From: Vicugna vicugna
Taxonomy: Eukaryota
Length of the DNA: 64,000 nt
NCBI GenBank assembly: GCA_013265495.1
Contig: MU058836.1
Coordinates: 682,001 to 746,000, forward strand
Direction of reading: 5' to 3'
Below the pieces are notes generated by a model, which saw only the letters and a list, made by a program, of their open reading frames with translations, searched no databases and was not told the origin of the DNA. Positions 25,750 through 35,001 of the stretch are shown one piece after another (position 1 is the stretch's first letter; each line of letters starts with the position of its first letter). The position numbers and the translations under genes are program-made.

Positions 25750-26330
25750 TTCCGGGCACTCTTCCTAGTCCTTAAAGAATGTGACTAAGTAAGATAGACA
25801 GCGATCTTTGTCTTCTAACAAGAAACATAATAAATAAATAAACAAGGTACTGGGTTGGAAGACAGTAAGCTGTTTAATGGCACAGAGTTGGGGGAAGGAA
25901 AGCAGGGTGAGGGGCATTGGGAGCACTGGACTGCAAAATGGGCATTTAGTCCCGTTAAATAGGGTGATCAAGGAGCAGAGAAGGTTTCATTGAGAAGGTG
26001 AGATTTGAGCAATGATTGGAGGAGGTGAAAGAGAGGGCAGATATCTGTAGAAGAGTGTTTCAGGAAGAGAGAACAAAAGACCCATGTAGGAGTGGAACTG
26101 GTCAACTCAAGGGGCAGCAAGGAGGCCAGTGTGGCTGAAGCAGAGTGAACTTGGGGAAATGTGTAGCTGATGAAGTCAGAAAAGCAATGAAGAGCATAGG
26201 AGAGCACTGTAAAGATTTGGGATTTCACTGATTGAAGTCGGGGCCAGTGTAGAGTTTTAAGAGTGCATGAACGGTTCTATGGTTAAAAAGGATGAAGCTA
26301 TGGTATTTAGACTACACCAAAAGGAGCAAG
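25750..26330 (-). mobile_element. L2 fragment
   Basis: gagaaggtgagatttgagcaatga...aaggaggccagtgtggctgaagcagagtga. Confidence 0.75.
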
Positions 26331-26342
26331 AGTAGAAACACG

Positions 26343-27520
26343 ATGGGCACGTGAATGGAGTGACCAAGGTGGCAGAGGTGGAGACTACGCATGGCCTCTT
26401 GGCATAAACTCTCAGTGAGGCTCATCTAGCTCCCATCACCTCTGAACACCCAACCTGCCAGAAAGAGACAGATCGGTGCTGAATTCCCAATAGGGTACTA
26501 TTCTTTGAGGGATCAACTGGCCACTTGGTGACAAGTGGACTTCATTGGGCCCTTTGCATGCTGGAAGGAGAAGCAGTTTGTTCCTGCAGGAACAGACATT
26601 TATTCTGGGTACAGGTTTACATTTCCTGCCAGCAGAGCTTCAGCTTGTCCCACCACACAGGAGTTTACAGAGTGCCTGATCCATAGCCTGAACTCCACCC
26701 ATCACAGCATCCAACCAGGGGACCCACTTCACAGGGAGGGAGGCCTGGGAGTGATCCCATCACCATAGAACTCATCGGTCTTGTCATATACCACCCTCCG
26801 CAGAAGAGCCAGCCGGACAGCAAAGGCGTGATCTGCTGATGGTGCAGATGAAGCACCGTCTCGGAGGCAATACTGTGCAAGAACAGTCTCATTCTCCAGG
26901 GTGCAATCTACAAACTGAATTAAAGAACCCTATGGGCCTGAACAGGAAGACTAGTTGGGTTCAGGAATCAAGGCAGGAAAGCAGGAATGGTCTCACTTAC
27001 CATCCCAGTGCCCTACTAAGGACCTTTCTGTCCCCACAACTGTGGAACCTGTGGGGTTAGAAGTCCTGGTCCTCAAAGGGGGAGCACTTTGCCAGGGGAC
27101 ACAGCAATGGTCCCACTGAACTACAAGTGGTAGCTGCCACTGCCTGTACTAAGAGATGAAAAAGCAAGAAGAGTCATAAACTTGGGAAGGGCAGTGGATC
27201 CTTATCAGTAAGAGAAGGTAGGACCACGGTAACACCTCAGAACGAGAAGGAATATATGTGGAACTGACTTGGATGCCTCTTGCTACTCCCTTGCTCAGTT
27301 ATGACTATGAATGGACAAGTGCAGCAAGCCGGGCCTGAGAAGAGTGGAAACACAAAAGGCATGCTCCCTTCAGGAATAAAGGCTGGGTCACACCACCAGT
27401 TAATGCACTGAGACCAGCAGAGGTGACTGATGAGAGCACGGGGAATCTAGTATGGATAGTGGAGGAGGGACGCGATGAGTCCCAGCAGTGGCCCTGAGAC
27501 CAGCTGCTGGTCCCAAGTGT
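26343..27520 (+). mobile_element. ERVL-class internal remnant: integrase followed by dUTPase
   Basis: WAREWSDQGGRGGDYAW (26344), W*QVDFIGP and GTDIYSGYRFTFPA (about 26527-26630), TECLIH, then GLEVLVLKGG..PGDTAMVPLNYK (about 27055-27127). Many stops and frameshifts. Confidence 0.88.
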
Positions 27521-27639
27521 GTGGTTTACCCAAGTGTCCCACTTCTAGGTTTCCTTTTAAGCAGAGAGGCTCAACGAGCCCCTGGAGCTGCTATTTCCTG
27601 AGTGTGCATGGATGGGCGGGCTTATGTGGGGCAAGCCAA

Positions 27640-28050
27640 TGCCTATTTCAGCCCAAAAGTGCACTGCTTGGATGGCCCTTCAAGAAAAAACTTACCCGTG
27701 AGAAATAGTTAGCTGACAGCTCTTCCGGGGGACCCCCTAGCCATTGAACATGGAGGGACACCAGAGGCTGGCAACTCCATCCAGCAGGTGACTGACTGCT
27801 CTCACGGGTCATCTTCACACCATTTACTCTCATCAGGTTGCCTAACACTCTGTCAGGTCTCCATCAGTCTGGCTCTTTGTCCACCCACCTGCTTCCTTCT
27901 TTCTTTCCTTTCACACTGAACACATCAGCATTGTGGTCTGAAGGCTTTCCTTGCCAAATTCTGCTTCCTCCCCCTTTATTTTCCACAGTTGATACCCACC
28001 AAAAAAACCTCTTGGACTCCTGACTCCACTTCAGTGTCTGAATTGACACA
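27640..28050 (+). mobile_element. LTR16-like 3' LTR of the ERVL remnant
   Basis: Follows the internal region directly; ends ctgcttcctccccct...aaacctcttggactcctgactccacttcagtgtctg. Confidence 0.6.
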
Positions 28051-28192
28051 GTGACTAAACAATGAATGAGACTCACAGGGCTGAGAAACTTGGGGTGAGG
28101 GAGGCACGGTGGAGGGTGAGGACGCCTGAAGTCTAAGCTAGACAACAAAAGACATTTTTAAAGTTCAATTGTTATGGGCCAAAATTGTTTTA

Positions 28193-28203
28193 TGGAGGTA
28201 AAC

Positions 28204-28234
<31 letters not shown>

Positions 28235-28478
28235 GGGGGNNNNNNNNNNNNNNNNNNNNNNNNNNNNNNNNNNNNNNNNNNNNNNNNNNNNNNNNNNNNN
28301 NNNNNNNNNNNNNNNNNNNNNNNNNNNNNNNNNNNNNNNNNNNNNNNNNNNNNNNNNNNNNNNNNNNNGGGGGTAATTGGGTTTATTTTTTTTTTTTGGT
28401 GGAGGTATTGGGGATTGAGCCCAGGACCTTATGCATGCTAAGCATGCACGCACTCTACCATTGAGCTATACCTTCCCC
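28193..28478 (-). mobile_element. Camelid-type SINE containing an assembly gap
   Basis: PolyT, polyG, N run, then gggtaattgg...ggggattgagcccaggacc...gagctataccttcccc; flanks attgtttta/attgtttta. Confidence 0.85.
28240..28368. other. Assembly gap (129 N)
   Basis: Run of N bases. Confidence 1.
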
Positions 28479-29572
28479 ATTGTTTTAAAAAGTATATTGT
28501 AAAAAGAAATACTTTTAATAAAGAGTTGAAAACTTAAATTACAGCAAGGAAATATTTGCACCACTCTATAAACATCTAGAGCTTGGAAAGACATTCTATT
28601 ACCATAAAACTTATGTCATAAATCACCAATAGATTTTGTAGACAATGGAGGTGGAAGCCATGTGTGTTGAAGGACTTAAGTCAGACACTGACATCTTTTA
28701 GAATAGGATCCAAAATCAGTCTTTGTCCTTTACTGTATTTCCATCACAATGTTAGGCACAGAGTAGATGCTCAGAGAATATACGAGGGATAGACTGGCGT
28801 CCTACAGAATGCCATGAGTCAGGAAAGACACTCTTGAGTGGGGAGGGCCACAGAATTCCAAGGAAGTTTCCTACCATGAACTCATGTGTGGTGAGCCTCT
28901 CTCTTTCTCAGGCCACGCCAGCTCCATGAGCAAAGCCTGTAAGCTCTATCTTCAACATATCCAGAACCCAACCACTTCTTACCACTTGTACAGCTTCCAC
29001 ACTAACACAAGTCACCATTCTCTTCTGGATTATTCCAATAACCTCCCAACTGGAATCTTTGCACCCATCCTTGCCATGCCCCTATCCCTCACCAAGTTCT
29101 CCACACAGCAATGAGAGTAACCCTTTTAAAACACAGGTCAGATTCTGTCACTCCTCCACCTTCAAATTTCCAATGACTTTCCATGTTACTCCAAATAAAA
29201 GCCAAAGTCTTTGCAGTGGCTTTCTGCTTCACTGCCCCTATTTCCTTTACATCCCTAACGTGATCAGCTACTCCCTCCCCATAGCTTCCCAGTAACTTCA
29301 CCTGCCCTCCTGGGTACTGCTCCAATATGCCAAGGATGCTCCTACTTTGCGTCCCTGCATCTGCCCGTAACAAATGCTATGTGGGTATGAATATTTATGG
29401 CTCTTACTGTTGTTCCCTCTATTTGGTTCCCTCTAATTCTACTCAATATCTGCAAGTCTGGCTTCCTCACTTCTCTCTACTCTAAAATCAACTGTCAGGA
29501 AGAGGCTCCTTGATTAACCCATACATCAGTCAGTGTCTCTGCAGAAAAGCATGCCACATTCAAATGAGGTAT

Positions 29573-30948
29573 TGTTACACGTTGAATTGTGTCCCTCCAA
29601 AGGCCATTTTGAAAACCTAACCCCCAGTACCTTAGAATGTGACCTTACTTAGAAATACGGTCATTAAAGACATAATTAGTGAGACTGAGTCATACTGGAG
29701 TACACTGGGTCCTTAACCCAATATGACTGATACGAAATAATAAGAAATATAAATATTGGCCTCTGCCCCTGGTCCTTGCTAATATTTGATATCTGACCCT
29801 GGTTCCTGACACAGGGCTCCCAAAAGCTCTTATGATTTCCTGAGTGACAGCTGTAGCTCACACAGAGCTTCTAAATCCCGTGGAATTTCCTGAGTAACAG
29901 GAATGCCTTTTGTTGTAATGAGGTGACTCCTGGTGGGCTCCTGGATGGGGGCCAGCCACCTGACAGCCTAAGCCATGACTAGAAGGTTGCAGCTTTCAGC
30001 CCAACCCCCCATTCTTTGGAGAAGAGAGGAAGGCTGGAAATTGAGTTAATAATCGATCATGCCTATGTGATGAAACCTTCAAAAAAAATTCCCAAAGTAC
30101 AGATTTTGGAGAACTCCTAGGCCAGTGAACACATCCACATGCCAGGAGGGTGGGGCACCCCAACTCCGTGGGACAGGAGCTCCTACACTCAGGACCCTTC
30201 CAGATCTCACCCAATGTGTCTTTTCATCTGGTTGTTCATCTATATCCTTCATTATATCCTTTATTATATAAAGCTGGTAAACATATTTCCCTGAATTGTG
30301 TAAACTGTTCTAGCAAACGATCAAACCCAAGAAGGGAGTTGTGGGCATCCCGGTTTATAGCCAGTCAGTCTGAAGTACAGGTGATAAGCTGGGACTTGCA
30401 ACTGGCATCTGAAGTGGGGACAGTCTCATGGGACTGAGCCCTTAACTTGTGGGACCTGACACTGTCTCCAGGTAGTGTCAGAACTGAACTGAACTACAGG
30501 ACACCCAGCTGGTGCCTGCAGATAACTGGAGAATTACTTGGTGTGGGGGATAAAAACCCCACACATTTGGTGACCAGAAGTAAAATACTGAAAGTAGTAA
30601 CAGAGTGGTGAATAAGAGAAAAACCAGTTTTTCCTATTCTACTGGCATCCTTATAAGAAGAGACACAGAGGAACAGACATACAAGAGGAGAACATCACAT
30701 GCTGATGGAGGCAGAGATTGAGGTGGTGCAGCTGCAAGCCAAGGAATGCCAGCGACTGCCAGCAAACCATCAGGAGCGAGGAAGAGGCAAGGAAGAATTT
30801 CCTGTGGCAGGTGTCAGAGACAGCACTGCTCCACCAACATCTTAAATTTGGACTTCTAGCCTCCAGAGCTATGAAACACTAAAGTTCAATTCTTTTAAGC
30901 CAACCAGTTTGCGGCACTTTGTTCCAGCAGTCCTGTGAAACGAGTACA
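29573..30948 (+). mobile_element. MLT1C/D-type LTR, interrupted by a MER21-like LTR
   Basis: tgttacacgttgaattgtgtccc...gaatgtgaccttacttagaaata...gcagctgcaagccaaggaatgcc...aaacgagtaca; target duplication ggtat/ggtgt. Confidence 0.85.
29728..30640 (+). mobile_element. MER21-like LTR
   Basis: tgatacg...ttggcctctgcccctgg...gttcctgacacagggctccc...cttgcaactggcatctgaagtgggg...cacatttggtgaccagaagt. Confidence 0.8.
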
Positions 30949-32119
30949 GGTGTAATCCAGGGAGATGTAATAAAGGGTCTCTTTACGACAATGTAGGGAA
31001 GCATACAGGGAAACTACAAGGACAGTGCAGCACCTTAGAGTGAAAAGTAGGGGCCCTCCAGGCCTGAAGGGGCAAGGTGGGGAGCAGTTACCAGAACCTG
31101 GAAGGAGAGAGTCACCTGGAAGAAGAGACTTGGAAGGCCAGGAAACAGAAGCAATGACCTTACATCAAGAACACTGCCAAGTGCAAAGAGGAATACATCC
31201 CTGATTTCACTCTCCTCCCTCCCTCCCATCTCCTGCCGGGACACTCCAGGAAGCCAACTGTGGTAGCCATATAGATTGGTGTTCTTGGGGCTAACTGCTG
31301 GGTCAAGCAGGAGTAAAAAAGAAGATGAGGGAGGGAAATAAAAGGCAGCTGGCACATTCTCTTTAGCAATTCTGTTTTTTTCTGAGCACTACTGAGCTTC
31401 TTCACGTGCTTTTCTCAAAAAACAGCGCTTATCAGCCCCCGATATATCACAAATAGCTTTGATTTCTAGTTCATTATCTGTTTATCTATTATCCCACTAG
31501 AAAATAAACTCCACGAAGACAGGGACTTTCTTCCCTATTGTATCCTCAGCACCCAGGACAGTTGCTGGCATGCAGAGTCTCAGTAACTATTTGATGAATG
31601 AATGGCTTGGAGTCTGGTGTTTTTTTGACCCTGGTATTTTCTCAGTCAGTAGCTGCTGCATCTCTGCTTGCTCATCTTCCCTGAAGTCACCTGACTGATT
31701 TCCAAAAATTCAAGCAAAATTCTCTGGCTTGTAAACAAGTATTTGGAATCAATGACTCCCTCCTGTCTTTACATTTTTGCCCAATAGCTCCTGAAGAAGC
31801 CCAGGGCCCATCCTCCAAGGCCTTGCCCATAAGCACCCTCATCTTGGTGGCCTCTGTGTTGGGGGAGTTGGATGGCGTCTTATCATCTCTCATGTGAACT
31901 ATGGGACTCCAGGCAAAGGCACCTACATCAGACAAAGGGGCATACAGCCTGTCCGACCTGTACTACTCAGTAAAGAAAATAAAAATTAGTAATTTCAAGT
32001 AGATCCATTAAAATACTTTAGCCAGTATCTCATGAAGTTTGGTGGGGCTCAAGTGAGATTATCTGTGGAAAATGTCTAGAATGGTGACTTGCCTAGAGTA
32101 AATATGTTTCTCATGTATT

Positions 32120-32940
32120 ACTGAAGTTGCTGGAGAAGTCCTCTGTGAGGAAGAAAAATATGACTCGGACTCTGAATGATGAAAAGGAGTTAGTCATTCA
32201 AAGATCTGGGAAGAGAGTTTCAAGCTGAAGCAACCTCAACTGCAGAGACTAGAACCAGCTTAGCCTGTTGGAAGGAGGAAAAGGAAAGTGGTGCAGAGGG
32301 ATGACAGTGAATGAGAAGGGGAGAGAAGCAAAGAGATGAGACCAGAGGGTTAGGCAAGAGTCAGGCCATGAACTTCCCAAGGCCAGGTAAAGAGTTTGAA
32401 TTTTCTCAAGTATAATGAGGTATTAATAGATGTGACATGATCTGATTGTATCTGAAAAAGACCACTCTGCTGGGGAGGTTTTAAAAGAAGTGGAGAGACC
32501 AGTTGGGAGAAAGGTGAATGCTAACAATGGAAGGGATGAGCCTAGGGTTGCAGAAGTAGAAATGGTGAGAAATGGCTGAATTGGGGATATAATTTGGAGA
32601 ATAAAGTTGACAGGAGTTATCATGAATTAGATGCAGGGGCTTGAGGGGAGAAAGGGAGGGAAGAGATTCATCAGGGATGACGACTAGATTTTTGGTCTGA
32701 GCACCTCAGTAGATGGTGGTGCCATGAACTAAGATGGGAAAAGACTGGGAGAGGAGCAGATTTCAGGGGTAAGGGAGATCCACAGGGAATCAATGGTTCT
32801 GCTTTGCTCTGTTATAATTTCAGAGGCTTATTATATATTTCAAGTAACGACACTGTGTAGGCAATTGGCTAACTATAGCTAAGGGGAGAGGTCAGACTGG
32901 AGGTATTCCAAAACAAGGGGCAAGATGATATCACCTGGTG
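32120..32940 (-). mobile_element. L2 fragment
   Basis: gtgacatgatctgattgtatctgaaaaagaccactctg...gatggtggtgccatgaactaagatgggaa. Confidence 0.75.
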
Positions 32941-33199
32941 ATAACAGGAAGACAGAGGGCAGAAGGTTAGATAATGAATTACAGAACAGGGAGATGTGTG
33001 CTGTGGATGGGGCAATACCAGGTTAGTGGAGAGGGAGGCTGGTCAGGCAAAGTTCCATGGAAAAATTACATCTGAGCTCCTAGAATCTATGGAAGACCAG
33101 TCAGTGAGAATGCTGGTCCTGAAAGGTAATTTGCAATTAGTCACACAGCTGGTAACCTAATGGTAACTTTATAATTGAACTACTTTAAGTCAAATGTGC

Positions 33200-34040
33200 A
33201 GCACGGCACCGTATCAAGAGGCAGAATAGCCAGATACCTTGGAGGACAGGCTCTGGAATCATTCTGCTTGGGTAGAAATTCTGGTCCTGCCGCTTACCAG
33301 GTGGGAGACTCCAGGTGCATTACTCATCATCTCTATACTGAAGTTTTCTTATCTGTGAATGGGTATAATACAAATAGCTATCTAGTTATGGACTGCTTAC
33401 TATGTTCCTGGTACTAAGATTTTCCACGTGTTACTCAACACCCCTCTCCAATAATCAATGGCGTTGAAGGCTAATATTTGCCCCATCTTACTGATGAGGA
33501 ACCTAAAGTACACTTTCCCACTCCACAAATATTGCCAGGCATGTTTATTGGTGCTGGGGTGCACCTGGTGACACAAAATTCGTGCCTGTGTGCAGCCTGT
33601 CTGTGGTTTAGAGGAGAAGGGGGAAAGATAATAAACTCAATAAATACGTGTATTATATGGTAATTAAAGGTGATAAATGCTACAGAAAAAAACAACTGCG
33701 TAACGGAGCTAGGGAAGTTGCTGTTTTAGGCCAGGTATCCAGGGTAGACCTTCCTGAGAAGGCGACATGTGAGCAAAGATTTGAAGGAAGTGGGACAGTG
33801 AGCCACCCAGGTATCTGGGGAAAGACTCGGGAGCGGAAACAGCAAGCGCAAAGGTAGGCCTGCAGGTGAAAGCATTTGCCTAACATCCACCAACAGCGCC
33901 CAGAGCAAGCCGTGAGAGTAAGACGTGAGAGGCAGGGGCTGTGTACCCAGTAGTAAGAACTTTGACTTTTACTCTGGGTGACGTGAGGAACCAGTGGACG
34001 CGCTGCCCAGGGAAGTGATATAACTTGACCTCCTAATTCG
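33200..34040. mobile_element. MIR fragments followed by an L2 fragment, ending just upstream of the CpG island
   Basis: caggctctggaatcattctgcttggg and ccccatcttactgatgaggaac (MIR); cttcctgagaaggcgacatgtgagcaaagatttgaagga (L2). Confidence 0.65.
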
Positions 34041-34401
34041 GTCCTTGTATTTAGGCCCAAGGTTCACCAAGACAGTCGGCGCTGGAGTCACTGCTCTCAG
34101 GATGAAAGAGTCAATCTCCACCATAAGGGCTCAGCCACACCGCAAGCGCCCTGGAAGCGCCGGCCTACTACTGTGGCTACTCCTGTGGCTACACTTAAAC
34201 CCCGCCCCGACCTACCGCCCTCTAGTTCCCCAGCTTCAGGGCTCGGCATCCACTTAGACCGGTCTCCACGTAGCGCTTCCCCGGCTACGGATTGCGCAAC
34301 TCGGACAACCGGGCGGAGTCTGGACGTAGGCGGACCGGCGGCGGCAGCCGGCGGGAGAAGGCGACAAGGATGCCCCGAGAGCCTTCGAGACGCCCACTGA
34401 C

Positions 34402-34603
34402 TGCGCCTGCGCACGCGCGATCCAGGCCGCCGACATTCCAGAGCCGTAAACCGCCCCGCCCCAATTCCGGGGCGGAGTTCTTGGCTGCGCCTGCGCACAG
34501 CCTCGCCGCACCGTACGCCTGCGCGCTCCGCAGTCCGGCCCCATCCCCCAGGTTTTTTGGGTGGGGGAGGGGGCGCGTCTCGGCTAGTCACGATGATGGC
34601 GGC
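34402..34603 (+). promoter_or_regulatory. Housekeeping promoter motif cluster: NRF1-type, GC boxes, CCAAT and YY1-like
   Basis: TGCGCCTGCGCA at 34402-34413 and 34486-34497, with a degenerate third copy at 34514-34525. CCGCCCCGCCC at 34451. CCAAT at 34461. GGGGCGGAGT at 34469. GATGGCGGC at 34595. Confidence 0.75.
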
Positions 34604-34935
34604 TACCAGTCTGTGGTGAGCTAGCGGATTCTCTGCTTGTCTCGTAGAGCTCCTCGCGCCTCCTGCAGACTCAGTGGCTGGCGCCAGGCGCGTGAGGAAG
34701 CACGGCGGCCCGAGCTCGCGAGGAAGGCCGTAGTCGCGGAGGCAGCGGCGCGGCCCGGGGCCAGGGCTGGACGAGAGGCCGCTCTGCAGGGCGAATGTGA
34801 CAAGCCCCCACCCCCACTGCCTTCCTCCTGAGTGCGCGAGGAGCGCGGGCGACCCCGGGGCCCCGCCAGGCCACAGACCCCGCCCAGCGGCCAGCACCCG
34901 GAGCAGGCCCGGCAGCGGAGCTGCGCGGCGGCACC

Positions 34936-35001
34936 ATGCAGGTCACTCTGAAGACCCTCCAGCAGCAGACCTTCAAGATCGACATCGACCCGGAGGAGAC
35001 G
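34936..35001 (+). CDS. RAD23B: RAD23B coding exon 1 (MQVTLKTLQQQTFKIDIDPEET), start of the ubiquitin-like domain
   Basis: ATG in the context GGCACCATGC. The 66 nt translate to the recognisable RAD23B N-terminus. Donor ACG|GTAAGA at 35002, phase 0. Lies inside a CpG island. Confidence 0.98.

Larger units (their letters stand above)
29522..31355 (-). mobile_element. LTR33/LTR41-like ERVL LTR, interrupted
   Basis: cagtcagtgtctctgcagaaaagcatgccacattcaaatgaggt continues as aatccagggagatgtaataaagggtctctttac after 30953. Confidence 0.6.
28900..31605 (+). mobile_element. L2 element split by nested LTRs (L2 parts about 28900-29520 and 31356-31605)
   Basis: ctctatcttcaacatatccagaacc...; resumes ccactagaaaataaactccacgaagacaggga...gaatgaatgg. 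Confidence 0.75.

Noticed and set aside
26535..26768. Domesticated integrase gene
   Set aside because: There is an in-frame stop just upstream (W*QVD) and frameshifts downstream, so no intact catalytic core.
28174..28464. ORFs containing X runs
   Set aside because: Artefacts of the N gap.
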